In this document: positions 38,860 through 48,974 of the stretch, piece by piece
How the letters are laid out: each line of letters begins with the position of its first letter
Numbering within the stretch: position 1 is the stretch's first letter
Source of the DNA: Candidatus Sumerlaeia bacterium
GTDB taxonomy: Bacteria; Sumerlaeota; Sumerlaeia; MVZB01
Length of the DNA: 64,000 nucleotides
Direction of reading: 5' to 3'
NCBI GenBank assembly: GCA_963580245.1
Contig: CAUZJO010000001.1
Location: 533-64,532, forward strand
Notes under the pieces: generated by a model
Told to the model about the DNA's origin: nothing
Seen by the model: the letters and a program-made list of their open reading frames with translations, nothing else
Database searches by the model: none
Position numbers and translations under genes: made by a program

Positions 38860-40533
38860 ATGCCTCCCGAACTCGACGCCATCCCCCCTCTGGGGACCGA
38901 GCCCATCTCCGAGGAAAACCCGGCGGGCGAGAACATCCAGGACGACCTGAAGTTCGACCAGCTCCAGGGCGACGTGCAGGCGCTGATCTCTCAGCTTGGG
39001 ACAACGGCCGAGATGGAGGCCGTCGGCGACCGCGAGCCGCCGAGCTGGGAAAAGGTCTCCGACCTGGCCTTCGACCTGTTCAAGAACAAGTCCAAGGACA
39101 TCCGTCTGGCCTCGTTCCTGACCATCGGGATGACCTACGCCCGCGGCTATGAGGGGCTGCGCGCCTGCCTGGAGATGTTGACGGGCCTGCTCACCAATTT
39201 CTGGGACACGCTGTATCCGCCGCTCAAGCTGCTGCGCGGGCGGGTCAACACGATCGCGTTCATTGCCTCGCAGGTCGCCGGCGAGCCGGGGATGCCGGGG
39301 GGGCGCGTCCAGTTCCACCTCGAATCGATCCTCAAGGGGTGGGAGGAGCTGCAGAAGACCAACCCGACGATGGCCGAGGAAAAGAAGCAGATCGAAGAGA
39401 TTGATCTGCAATTGACGGCCCTCAAGGCGTGCGGCGAGCGGGTCGCCAAGCTGCGCGAGATCATTTACGAGAAGTTCCCCCAGGATAAACTGCCGCCCGT
39501 CACCACCCTGACCGACTCCATCAAGACCGCCTTGCCCGAGCTGGAGTCGTTCGTCAAGCAACACAAGCCGGCCGAGCCCCCAGCACCCGCCCCGGGAGCG
39601 ACCGCCTCGGGACAAGCCCGTCCGGCGGGGGCCCCGGCAGCCTCGATCGAATCGCCCGAAGAGATCTACAAGCTGGCCGGCCGTTGCGCTCCTGTCCTGC
39701 GGCAGGCCGATAATTCCAACCCCGCGGCCTACCGGATGAGCCGCTGGGCCGTTTGGGGGGTGCTCAACGCCGTGCCGCCCACGACCGACGGCACCCGCAC
39801 CCGCATCCCCGACCCTCAGCGTCAGGAAGGGGACCAGATGAAGGCCCTACTGGCCGGCTCCAACTGGGTCCAGCTCCTCAACCAGTCCGAGGAGCGGTTC
39901 CCGCGGACGCCCCTGTGGCTGGACCGCCAGTATCACGTCTTCGCGGCGCTGGGGGGCCTGGGTCCGGCCTTTCGCGCCGCGCAACAGGCCGTCTGCGACG
40001 AGCTGGCGTATTTCCTCAAGCGCCTGCCGGGCCTGCAAAACCTGGCGTTCGCCGGAGGCCTGCCGCTGGCCGACAGCGAGACCCAAGCCTGGATCCAGTC
40101 GGTCGTGACAGCCGAAAGGGGCGGTGGCGGTGGCGGTGGCGCCGGGGGCGGGGGCGGCGTGGACGACGGCCTGGGCGAGGCCCTGGGCGAGGCCCGCGAG
40201 TTGGCCAACGACGGCAAGCTCGTCGAGGCCGTCCGCAAGCTGCAAGCCGCCCCCAAGGGCTCCCAGTCTGCCCGCGCCCGCTTCCTGTGGCGCATGGCCC
40301 AGGCCCAACTGGCCCAGGACGCCGGCCGCGGCAAGCAGATGACGCCGGTGTGGGAAGAGCTGGTCGCCGTGATCGACCGTCACCAGCTCGAGGAATGGGA
40401 GCCGGAACTTTGCCTCAAGGTTTTCCGCACGCTGTGGCAACTGACCAAGGCCGACCGTAACCAGGCCGAACTGGCCCAGCAGATGTACCGCCGCATGTGC
40501 CGCACCGACCCCGCCGCCGCGCTTGAGGGTTGA
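38860..40533 (+). CDS. tssA: Type VI secretion protein TssA (ImpA_N + VasJ-like domains)
   Basis: PISEENPAGE, W..V......L...KSKDIRLA, FWDTLYP; AYRMSRWAVW, PLWLDRQ, LAFAGGLPLAD.ET..W, LEEWEPEL, DPAAAL. Confidence 0.88.
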   Translation: MPPELDAIPPLGTEPISEENPAGENIQDDLKFDQLQGDVQALISQLGTTAEMEAVGDREPPSWEKVSDLAFDLFKNKSKDIRLASFLTIGMTYARGYEGLRACLEMLTGLLTNFWDTLYPPLKLLRGRVNTIAFIASQVAGEPGMPGGRVQFHLESILKGWEELQKTNPTMAEEKKQIEEIDLQLTALKACGERVAKLREIIYEKFPQDKLPPVTTLTDSIKTALPELESFVKQHKPAEPPAPAPGATASGQARPAGAPAASIESPEEIYKLAGRCAPVLRQADNSNPAAYRMSRWAVWGVLNAVPPTTDGTRTRIPDPQRQEGDQMKALLAGSNWVQLLNQSEERFPRTPLWLDRQYHVFAALGGLGPAFRAAQQAVCDELAYFLKRLPGLQNLAFAGGLPLADSETQAWIQSVVTAERGGGGGGGAGGGGGVDDGLGEALGEARELANDGKLVEAVRKLQAAPKGSQSARARFLWRMAQAQLAQDAGRGKQMTPVWEELVAVIDRHQLEEWEPELCLKVFRTLWQLTKADRNQAELAQQMYRRMCRTDPAAALEG

Positions 40534-40854
40534 TCGCAACGCTAAACCAACTATCGAACCTCGCCACAAGTCGATCCGCCAGGACCCGCCGTTCTCAACG
40601 TTCGCGAGGTTGATCCAGCGGAGGGTGTCATATACTTTTGGGGTCGATGCTGATCGCGGTATCCCGACTGACTCGCGTCACTCCGCGCCCCCGCCGCTTC
40701 GGGGCCGCGAACGTCACATGGTATCCCCGATGGTCCGATCTGATGTCCTGCCCACCCCGCCGCGTCTGAAGAAGGCTGGCTTGACAGTCTCGCCCTTTAC
40801 CCCGATACCTGACCAAAGGTTCACCAAATCCGGCAAGAACAGGAAAGGAAGACG

Positions 40855-40968
40855 ATGATTCCTTATCTCCACGCCTGCCCCCAGTGCAGCACACCGGTCA
40901 CGAGGATCGATCGCTTCTGCGCCGTCTGCGGCTTCCAGGTCTCCCGCACGTGTCCTCGCTGCGAGCAT
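40855..40968 (+). pseudogene. Double zinc-ribbon protein N-terminus interrupted by IS3
   Basis: AGGAAAGGA RBS; MIPYLHACPQC...FCAVCG...TCPRC, then the IS end begins. Confidence 0.6.
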
Positions 40969-41040
40969 TGTTCTGCTTCAGCTGAAATTGGACAATCGGG
41001 CCGTTTGAGTTAGTATAAACTCAGAACGGAGGATGGTCCG

Positions 41041-41346
41041 ATGAAACGTCAACGCAAACACTGGACGGCTCAGGAGAAGGCCACCGTCGTGCGCGAGCAT
41101 CTGATCGACAAGGCGCCGGTCTCCGACCTGTGCGATCGCCACGGTCTGCATCCCACCCTTTTCTACCGCTGGCAGAAGGAACTGTTCGAGAACGCCGCGG
41201 CGGCCTTCAAACACAACGGCAAGCCGGCCGGCGAGAAGGCGATCGAGCGCAAAATCACCCACCTCGAGCACAAGCTGAGCCACAAGGACGAGGTGATCGC
41301 CGAGATCATGCACGACCACGTGGCGCTTAAAAAAAACTTGGCCTGA
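41041..41346 (+). CDS. IS3 transposase OrfA
   Basis: RKHWTAQEKATVV, VSDLCDRHGLHPTLFYRWQKE, ends LKKN. Confidence 0.9.
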   Translation: MKRQRKHWTAQEKATVVREHLIDKAPVSDLCDRHGLHPTLFYRWQKELFENAAAAFKHNGKPAGEKAIERKITHLEHKLSHKDEVIAEIMHDHVALKKNLA

Positions 41347-41386
41347 GCTGAAGGGGACCTGGACGCCCCATGACACGCGCGACCAG

Positions 41387-41619
41387 GTGGTCGATTTCAT
41401 GAACCACTATACACGCTTGACCGGCCTGCCCAGGGGTCGATTGGTCGTTTGGGCGGGGATTGGGCGCAGCAAGTTTGATCAGTGGCGCCGACGCTACGGG
41501 CGGGTCAACGAACATAACGGCAAAGTGCCGCGCGACTTCTGGCTGGAGGATTGGGAGAAGCAGGCGATCGTGAAATCTCATGAGCAATATCCGTTGGAGG
41601 GCTACCGGCGACTGACGTT
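41387..41619 (+). pseudogene. IS3 transposase OrfB N-terminal fragment
   Basis: VVDF...RYGRVNEHNGKVPRDFWLEDWEK...YPLEGYRRLT, then unrelated sequence. Confidence 0.75.
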
Positions 41620-41664
41620 GCGGGCGGACGCGGTTGGTGGCGTAGATGCTGGCGATGCGGCCGG

Positions 41665-43641
41665 CTAATCCTCGCCGGGATGCGTGGCTTCTTCTTGCTC
41701 GCCCATCACCTGCTGACTGGGGCGGGGACGGCCTTCGGGGAGGACCTTTTGCGCTTTGGGCTCCTCCAGCTCGTCCATGCGCTCCCCTTCGGCGGCGATC
41801 GATTTGCTGGTGGTCCGGAGCTGCTCGGCCTCGGTCGGAGTCTGCCGGGCGACTTCCCTGAGCGTGGTCAGGCCCATGCAGGCCTTGACCCAGCCGTCCT
41901 CGCGCATCGTTTTCATGCCGTCTCGGACGGCCATTTCATGGACTTCGTCGGTCGTGGCGTGCTCCAGGACCAGTTCCCGGATGTCGTCATTGAAGATGAG
42001 CAATTCGAAGATGCCCATCCGGCCGTGATAGCCCGTATGCAGACATTCGTTGCACCCTTCTCCCTGGAAGAACGTGATGCCCTGTTCCTTGACCTCCTCG
42101 GCCGAGGCGCCGAACTCGTACAGCTCCTCCTCGCCGGGTATATATTCTCTCTTACAATTCTGACAGATATTGCGCACCAGCCGCTGGCCAATGATCCCCT
42201 CGAGCGAGGAGGTGATCAGGAACGGCTCCACGCCCATATCGAGCAGACGGGTCACGGTCGCCGCCGCCGAGTTGGTGTGCAGGGTGGAGAAGACCAAGTG
42301 GCCGGTCAACGAGGCCTGAACGGCGATCTGGGCGGTTTCCACGTCGCGGATCTCACCCACCAGCACCGTATCGGGGTCTTGGCGCAGGATCGAGCGTAGA
42401 CAGCGCGCGAACGTCAGACCGACCCCCTCGTTGATGTTGACTTGCTGAATGCCGTCCAGTTCGTACTCGACGGGGTCCTCGGTCGTGATCAGTTTCTCGC
42501 CGGGGTCGCGCACTTCGGCCAGGGCGGAGTAAAGGGTCGTGGTTTTTCCGCAGCCGGTCGGGCCGGTCACCAGGACGATCCCATTGGGCCGGCGGATGAG
42601 CTTCTTGAAGCCCTCGAGCACTTCGCCCATCATGCCGATCTGGCTGATGCCGATCATCATCATGCTCTTGTCGAGCACGCGCATCACGATGGCCTCGCCA
42701 TGGACCGTCGGCATGCTGCTGACGCGCATGTCGATCTCGCGCCCTTCCACCATGGCCTTCATGCGGCCGTCTTGCGGCATGCGCGTCTCGGAGATGTTCA
42801 GACCGGCCATCACCTTGAGGCGCGAAACGATCGCGAGCAACTGACTGCGCGGGGGGGACGGCATCTCGCGCAGCACGCCGTCGACGCGGTAGCGGACCCG
42901 GATGAAGTTGTGGAACGGCTCGATGTGGATATCACTGGCGCGCTCGTTAATCGCCTTGAGCAACAGCAAGTTCACCAGCTTGATGATGGGCGGGGCACTG
43001 GCCAGCGCTGCCAGGTCGCTCAAGTCGACCTCGGACTCGTTGACGGTCAGGACATTTTCGTCGGCGAGGTCCTCATCCTCCTGATCGATCAGGTCTTCGA
43101 TCGTCTCGTCGCCCAGACCGTAGTATTGCTCGATGCGCTCGAGGATCTCTTCTTCCTCGGCGATGACCGTCTCGACTTCGCTCCCCAGGATCAGGCGCAG
43201 GTCGTCGCCGATGGTGGGGTTGGAGGGATCGGCGATCGCGACCACAACCGTCCCGTCCTCGAGAGCTTCGACCGGCACCACGCGCATGCTCTTGGCTTGC
43301 TCCGACGTGATCAGCGAGCGCAGGCTGAATTCGGCCTTGGGATAGGACCTCAACTGGATCATGCGCAGGCCCGATTCCTCGGTAATCGCCCGCAACATGT
43401 CGATCGTCGGATCGATCACGTCGTCCAGCGCGGGTAGTTGATCCGAAAGCTTGGCGGCGGCCTCGCCCCCGTGCGCGACCTGCCTGAGCACGGCAACGTG
43501 CTCGCTGCCGAACTGGCTCTTCATCAATTCTCGCATGCGATTGCCGACGTAGGCGGCCTCCTCGGCCTGGGACGTCGTTGGCGCCTTGTCATCGGGCCGC
43601 GTGGCGGCATCCTTGAAGAGCTTGAACAACTTTTTAGCCAT
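41665..43641 (-). CDS. pilB: Type IV pilus assembly ATPase PilB / GspE family (paralog 2)
   Basis: ASDIHIEP, PQDGR, GPTGCGKTT, EDPVEY, LRQDPD...GEIRD, STLHTN, CQNC/CNEC zinc motif. Confidence 0.9.
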   Translation of the reverse strand: MAKKLFKLFKDAATRPDDKAPTTSQAEEAAYVGNRMRELMKSQFGSEHVAVLRQVAHGGEAAAKLSDQLPALDDVIDPTIDMLRAITEESGLRMIQLRSYPKAEFSLRSLITSEQAKSMRVVPVEALEDGTVVVAIADPSNPTIGDDLRLILGSEVETVIAEEEEILERIEQYYGLGDETIEDLIDQEDEDLADENVLTVNESEVDLSDLAALASAPPIIKLVNLLLLKAINERASDIHIEPFHNFIRVRYRVDGVLREMPSPPRSQLLAIVSRLKVMAGLNISETRMPQDGRMKAMVEGREIDMRVSSMPTVHGEAIVMRVLDKSMMMIGISQIGMMGEVLEGFKKLIRRPNGIVLVTGPTGCGKTTTLYSALAEVRDPGEKLITTEDPVEYELDGIQQVNINEGVGLTFARCLRSILRQDPDTVLVGEIRDVETAQIAVQASLTGHLVFSTLHTNSAAATVTRLLDMGVEPFLITSSLEGIIGQRLVRNICQNCKREYIPGEEELYEFGASAEEVKEQGITFFQGEGCNECLHTGYHGRMGIFELLIFNDDIRELVLEHATTDEVHEMAVRDGMKTMREDGWVKACMGLTTLREVARQTPTEAEQLRTTSKSIAAEGERMDELEEPKAQKVLPEGRPRPSQQVMGEQEEATHPGED

Positions 43642-43747
43642 TATCCGTCTCGCTTGCCGATGCTATCGGTCTTAGAGTTTCAACCTACCCGCCCCGACCC
43701 TCGCCCAAAGACCCACGCGAGAGAGGCGGCGTTCGTTCCTCGGACGA

Positions 43748-44893
43748 TCAGTATTCATCCGACGGTCCGCTAGCCTGCGCCCCGGCCACGTGCTTCATTT
43801 TATCCTCATCCCCGGCGCCGCCGCCGCCCATGCCTTCGCCAAGCAGGTTACGCCGCATCTGATCGTAGTTCTGGGCCCGTTCCAGGGTGACCTCGCCGGT
43901 GATGGTCCCATTCTTATAGAGCCGCAACAAGTAGTCATCCATGGTGATCATCCCCAGCTTGGCGCTGGTCTGGATCACCGAGGTGATGCGGTTGGTCTTC
44001 CTCTCGCGGATCAGGTTGGCGACCGCCGCCGTGTTGTGCATGATTTCGAAGGCCGCGATGCGCCCCTTGCCCGATGCCTTGGGCAGCAACGTCTGCGAAA
44101 TCACGCTCGAAAGCGACACCGACAAAACCGACCGGATCTGCTCCTGCTGGTTGGCGGGAAAGGCGTCCACGATCCGGTCGATCGTCGTGGCGGCCCCGAT
44201 GGTGTGCAGCGTGGCGAAGACCAAGTGGCCGGTTTCGGCCGCGGTGATGGCCGCCTCCATCGTCTCCAGGTCGCGCATCTCACCGACCAGGATCACGTCG
44301 GGGTCCTGACGCAACGCCCCGCGCAGGGCGTTGGCAAACGAGGGGGTATCCACGTGCAGCTCGCGGTGCGTCACGATCGATTTTTTGTGCTGATGTGTGT
44401 ATTCGATGGGATCTTCGATCGTGATGATGTGCACCTGCCGGTCGGAATTGATAAAGTCGATCATCGTGGCCAGCGAGGTCGTCTTGCCCGAGCCGGTCGG
44501 GCCGGTCACAATCACCAGACCGCGGTGGGATTGCAGAAGGGGCATAATGGAGACTTTGGGCAGACCCAACTGCTCAAACGTAAAAATCCGCGTCGGGATC
44601 AGCCGCATGACGATCCCGACCATGCCCATGCTACGGAAGACGTTGGTCCGGAACCGGGCCTGCTCGCTGAAGGCGTAGGCGAAGTCGGCGCTGCCCTGTT
44701 CCTGGAGCGCCTGCTGAAATCGCGGCGGCGTAATCTCCTTCATCAGGCGCTCGGTATCGTCGCTCGTCAACGGTGTCGGGTCGAGCGGCTCGAAGGAACC
44801 ATGGAGCCGCAACACAGGCGGCTTGGCCACTCGTAGATGGATGTCGGACGCGTCGCGGTCGACTACGATCTTTAACATTTCATTGATGTCCAC
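43748..44893 (-). CDS. pilT: Type IV pilus retraction ATPase PilT
   Basis: ASDIHL, GPTGSGKTTSLA, TIEDPIEY, LRQDPDVILVGEMRD, AAETGHLVFATLHT, VANLIRE. Confidence 0.95.
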   Translation of the reverse strand: MDINEMLKIVVDRDASDIHLRVAKPPVLRLHGSFEPLDPTPLTSDDTERLMKEITPPRFQQALQEQGSADFAYAFSEQARFRTNVFRSMGMVGIVMRLIPTRIFTFEQLGLPKVSIMPLLQSHRGLVIVTGPTGSGKTTSLATMIDFINSDRQVHIITIEDPIEYTHQHKKSIVTHRELHVDTPSFANALRGALRQDPDVILVGEMRDLETMEAAITAAETGHLVFATLHTIGAATTIDRIVDAFPANQQEQIRSVLSVSLSSVISQTLLPKASGKGRIAAFEIMHNTAAVANLIRERKTNRITSVIQTSAKLGMITMDDYLLRLYKNGTITGEVTLERAQNYDQMRRNLLGEGMGGGGAGDEDKMKHVAGAQASGPSDEY

Positions 44894-44971
44894 GTTGATC
44901 CCTCGTCTTCTCGATGGCGGCTGGGGACCTCGTTGGTCTCTCCGGCCGCCGGTTTCAAACGCCCGCGCCCG

Positions 44972-46747
44972 TTAATTGTCCGACGTGATGCGCAGGACCT
45001 CCTCGATACTGGTGACGCCCATGGCTACTTTCTCCCAGCCGTCGTCGCGCAACGTCTTCATCCCCTTGGAGGCGCAGAGTTTTTTGAGGCGGCTGGCCGG
45101 TTCGCTGCGGATCACCCGACGGCGCAGGTCCGAATCCATGACCATGATTTCATGAATGGCCGTCCGGCCGCGGTAGCCCGTCTCCGCGCAGCGGTCGCAA
45201 CCCTTGCCGCGGAAGAACACCACGTCCCTGTAGTCTTCGGGGTCATAACCCACCTCGTGGATCGCCTCGTCGGGAGGGGTGAACTGCTCCTTGCAAATAC
45301 TACAGATGGTCCGGACCAAACGCTGGGCGATGGCCGCCTGGAGCGAGCTGGCCACCAGGTACGGCTTGACGCCCATATCGATCAGACGGATCGTCGAGCT
45401 GGGCGCGTCGTTGGTGTGGAGCGTCGAGAAAACCAAATGCCCGGTCAGCGCGGCGCGAATCGCGTTCTCGGCCGTCTCCATGTCGCGGATCTCCCCCACC
45501 AAAATCACGTCGGGCGACTGACGCAGCAGCGAGCGCAGTCCCGCGGCGAAATTCAGACCGATTTCGGCATTGATCTGCACCTGACAGATGCCCGGGATCT
45601 GATACTCGACCGGGTCTTCGAGCGTGACCAGTTTGGTCTCCATGTTGTTCAGCGCGTTGAGTGCCGCGTAGAGGGTCGTGGTTTTGCCCGATCCGGTCGG
45701 TCCGGTCATCAGGATGATCCCGTTGGGCTGGACAATCAGCTTCTGGAAAGTCTCGACGGTTCTCGGAAGGAACCCCACGTCGGCCAGCCCCATGAGAACC
45801 TGGGACTGGTCCAGGATACGCATGACGATCGACTCGCCGAAAATCGTCGGCAGCGTCGAGACACGCAGGTCCAGTTTGCGCTCGCCGATGGTCAGCCGGA
45901 TGCGGCCATCCAGGGGGACCCGCTTCTCGGCCAGGTCCATCCCGGCCAGCACCTTGAGTCGCGAGATGATGGCGTTTTGCCACTTGCGCGGCGGATTGGG
46001 AACGTCTTGAAGCACGCCGTCGATGCGGATGCGAATGTTCATCCCGTAGCGATTGGGCTCGACGTGAATATCGCTGGCACGCTCATGGACGGCCTGACGG
46101 AAAATCAAGTCAACAAACTTGACGACCGGCGGCTGGTGGCCCTCGGCCTCCTCGCCGCCTAGGTCCAGCTCGTCGTACTTCTTGTCCAGCAGGTTCTGCT
46201 CCTCGCTCTCGGCCAGCCCGTCGTACATTTCGCTGAAGTCTTCCTTGGAATAATGCCTGCGGATGACGCCGTCGATATCGTCCTCGAGGGCCAGGCGCGG
46301 GTGGATCGTCTTGTTCAGGATATGGGTCAGGTCGTCCAGAATCTGGATGTTGTGCGGGTCCGAAATCGCCAGCCATAGATCGGTCTCGCTCGCTTCCAGC
46401 GGCACCACCCCGTACTTTCGCGCCACACTGGCCGGCACTTCGGCGAGCAGTTCGGCACTAAACTCCATTTCCTTGAGCACGGCCTTTTCCATGCCCTGTT
46501 CGGCGGCCAGGGCATCGAGCAAGTCCGTCCCGTCGTGCAGCATGTCCGTGGGAATCAGGTCTTGGCCCACGTGGGTGGCGCTCTCGCTCCCCGTTTGGAT
46601 GCTCTTGATATCCTTCTCCATCTCCCCGCGGTCGCGCGTCGTTTCCCGTTTGGAGGGGACCAATTCCCTGCCGCCGACCTTGACGGCCTCTTCGCTTTGC
46701 GGCGCGATGGCCTTCTTGCCGTGATTGTCTTTACTGGAATCCGCCAT
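44972..46747 (-). CDS. pilB: Type IV pilus assembly ATPase PilB / GspE family (paralog 1)
   Basis: ASDIHVEP, GPTGSGKTT, EDPVEY, GEIRD, STLHTND, CSIC/CDRC, GYRGR. Confidence 0.9.
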   Translation of the reverse strand: MADSSKDNHGKKAIAPQSEEAVKVGGRELVPSKRETTRDRGEMEKDIKSIQTGSESATHVGQDLIPTDMLHDGTDLLDALAAEQGMEKAVLKEMEFSAELLAEVPASVARKYGVVPLEASETDLWLAISDPHNIQILDDLTHILNKTIHPRLALEDDIDGVIRRHYSKEDFSEMYDGLAESEEQNLLDKKYDELDLGGEEAEGHQPPVVKFVDLIFRQAVHERASDIHVEPNRYGMNIRIRIDGVLQDVPNPPRKWQNAIISRLKVLAGMDLAEKRVPLDGRIRLTIGERKLDLRVSTLPTIFGESIVMRILDQSQVLMGLADVGFLPRTVETFQKLIVQPNGIILMTGPTGSGKTTTLYAALNALNNMETKLVTLEDPVEYQIPGICQVQINAEIGLNFAAGLRSLLRQSPDVILVGEIRDMETAENAIRAALTGHLVFSTLHTNDAPSSTIRLIDMGVKPYLVASSLQAAIAQRLVRTICSICKEQFTPPDEAIHEVGYDPEDYRDVVFFRGKGCDRCAETGYRGRTAIHEIMVMDSDLRRRVIRSEPASRLKKLCASKGMKTLRDDGWEKVAMGVTSIEEVLRITSDN

Positions 46748-47075
46748 GGGTCCTCCACCTTTCCCGATGGGGTGCGCTGGCCGGGCCGTCTCCCGGTGCC
46801 ACAAATGCCAGACCGGCACGGCCGCTCAACCTTTCAACCCTCGATCGGATGAACATCTTGACTCCGACCCTCCATATCCGGGCGGCGCCGTGAGCGTGAC
46901 TTTGAACAATGGAACAACCGATTGGGTTTCCGTTCCTCACCTCAACTCCACTTTGCATGATAGAATGAAAGGCCCCCGCAAAGTCAACTCTAAACGGGGT
47001 GTTGCCGCCCGCCGCATCCTTGCGATTCGGCTCTCGGCTCTCGGCTCCCGTCTCTCGTCCTCGTAATCGAGCTTA

Positions 47076-48310
47076 TCATGAGGCTCCACTTCGGTTGTGG
47101 TTCGAGAAAAAGGTCGATTCATAGAACTCGACCAGGCACCGGCCGATGGCGGCCCAGGAGAAGTTCTCGCGCACGTGCCGCAGTGCATGGTCGGTCAGCT
47201 CCCTGCCCAGCGCCGGGGAGCTCCCCAGCCGCGCGATGGCCCGCGCGAAATCCTCGGCGGTATCGGCCACCAGCAGGTGCCGGCCATCGCGGACGCCCAG
47301 CCCTTCGCAGCCGACGCTGGTCGAGACGACCGGAACGCCCATGGCGAAGGCCTCGAGAATCTTGAGCCGACTGCCCCCGCCAATGAGCAACGGCACCACG
47401 AAGATCGAGGCCCCGCGCATGTACGGCCGCACGTCCTCGACCGATCCGGTCACGCGCACCCGCCCCCCATCGAGCCCCCGCACCGCGAGCGAAGGGGCAT
47501 GACCGACGATGTCAAGCGACCAATCGAGCGAAGCGCCGTTGACGAAACCCAAACGCGCAAACACCTCGCGCCCAAAGTATATCATCGCGTCTTCGTTAGG
47601 CAGCCAGTTCATCGAGCCGGTAAATATCAGCCGCCCCGGGTCCGGAGGCGTTTCGCCGGGGCCGGGGGTGAAGTATTCGGGGTCCACCCCATTGGGGACC
47701 ACCTGGACGCGGGCCTGGGGGGCCATGGATTCCAGCCGCCGCCGGTCTTCGTCGGAAACCGCCAGCACGCGGTCGGCCCGGCCGATCGCGGCGGTCTCGA
47801 AAACCCGCATCCGCCGGGCCTGTAGACGCGCATAGGGCCTCAGCGTCGCCCGGTGATAGCGTTCGGCCATCCGTTCGAGGTTCTGGCTCTCGACGTTGTG
47901 TTCATCGACGATCTTGCCGCCGGCCGGCCCCGAATCCAGGTAGGGCGTCATGTGGATGTGATTGGCATGGACCAGCCCGCCGGGGTTTTCCCTCATCCAG
48001 CGGCCGACATGGCGCGCCAAGGCCGCCCGATGGTACTTCGCCACGGTGACCGGCCGCCGAGGGTCCGCAGGACCAGCCAGGCCTTGCCCGGGGCCGTCCG
48101 CGCCACTTCGGGATGCAGATCGGTCGCCCGGCAAATCCGAAACCGCTCGCGGGCCTCGCCGGGGTCCAATTCGGGCTGTAGAAAGCCGCCGTAGTGGACG
48201 TCGAACGCGCCGCTGAGGGTCTTGAGCAGTGCCCAGGTGCGGAACTTCGCGCCGGTATTGAGCGGCCAGGGCACGCGCGGAGAGAGAAAGAGGAGCGGCT
48301 TCAGTGACAC
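47076..48310 (-). CDS. Glycosyltransferase family 4 (frameshift near 48110-48135)
   Basis: LFLSPRVPWPLNTGAKFR; DEHNVES, VPNGVD, FTGSMNWLPN, GGGSRLKILEA, STSVGCEGL. Confidence 0.85.
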
Positions 48311-48747
48311 GATTGGAGAAAGGTTTCCAGGATCATGACGGCGGCCAGATCGTCCGTCGGCCGCTTGGCGGGCCTATCCATGCTTATCGAGTCGGCCGCT
48401 TCGGTGGTCAAGCGCTCATCCGCGAAAAACCAGCGCACGCCCCGCAGGCCTTGCCGCGCACGTCGGCAAAAGCGCTTGATCTCCTGGGCCCGTGATGGAT
48501 CGGGATGGATCGGCAGGCCGACGACAACCCCGCCGGGCCGGGATTGCTCGATGGCCCCGCGCAACTGCTCGATGGCGTCCTGCTCGTTGGTCGGAGTCAA
48601 TACGGCCTTGGGTAAGGCCCAGTCGCGCCCGGCGTGCTTGATCGCCAGACCCATCCGCCGCCGTCCCCAATCAAGGCCCAAAAGCGTCATCTCCACGGCC
48701 TGGGAGCGGCTGAGGAGAGGGTCTTGCGCCGGCGTCTGTTCAGTCAA
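48301..48747 (-). CDS. ruvX: RuvX/YqgF family RNase H-fold nuclease
   Basis: LGLDWGRRRMGLA, VVVGLP, DERLTT.AA, DDLAAVMILETFL. Start is uncertain (TTG 48747 or ATG 48690). Confidence 0.85.
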   Translation of the reverse strand: MTEQTPAQDPLLSRSQAVEMTLLGLDWGRRRMGLAIKHAGRDWALPKAVLTPTNEQDAIEQLRGAIEQSRPGGVVVGLPIHPDPSRAQEIKRFCRRARQGLRGVRWFFADERLTTEAADSISMDRPAKRPTDDLAAVMILETFLQSCH

Positions 48748-48814
48748 TGGACTCTCCTGCAATGAGATGGGAATCCCGCCATAATCCGGCGGTGCGCCGT
48801 CCCGCCATTCTCGG

Positions 48815-48948
48815 TGGGGAACCTCTAGAAATCCGGTTTTGCAGTCGTCCCCACGGGACTCCGCTCGTAATCGGTTTGTTTTCCCGCCATTGGCGTGGCG
48901 GGCTGAAAGCAATCGTCCCTGCCGGGACTGAATTCTTAGGGGCGCTCG
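48815..48948. repeat. MITE/REP-like element, copy 3 of 3
   Basis: GGGAACCTCTAGAAAT...GTCCCCACGGGAC...CCCGCCATTGGCGTGGCGGGCTGAAAGCAATCGTCCCTGCCGGGAC. Confidence 0.85.
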
Positions 48949-48974
48949 AAAATCTTAACACGCAACCGCTTGGT

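Larger units (their letters stand above)
40969..41619 (+). mobile_element. IS3-family insertion sequence, truncated on the right
   Basis: Left end begins TGTTCTGC...; orfA HTH; A8C slippery site 41329-41337; orfB stops at GYRRLT with no DDE/rve domain. Confidence 0.85.

Noticed and set aside
46750-47000. c-di-GMP riboswitch or sigma70 promoter upstream of the pil operon
   Set aside because: No GEMM-type motifs; the TTGACT/TATCAT pair has a 19-bp spacer, too weak to call.
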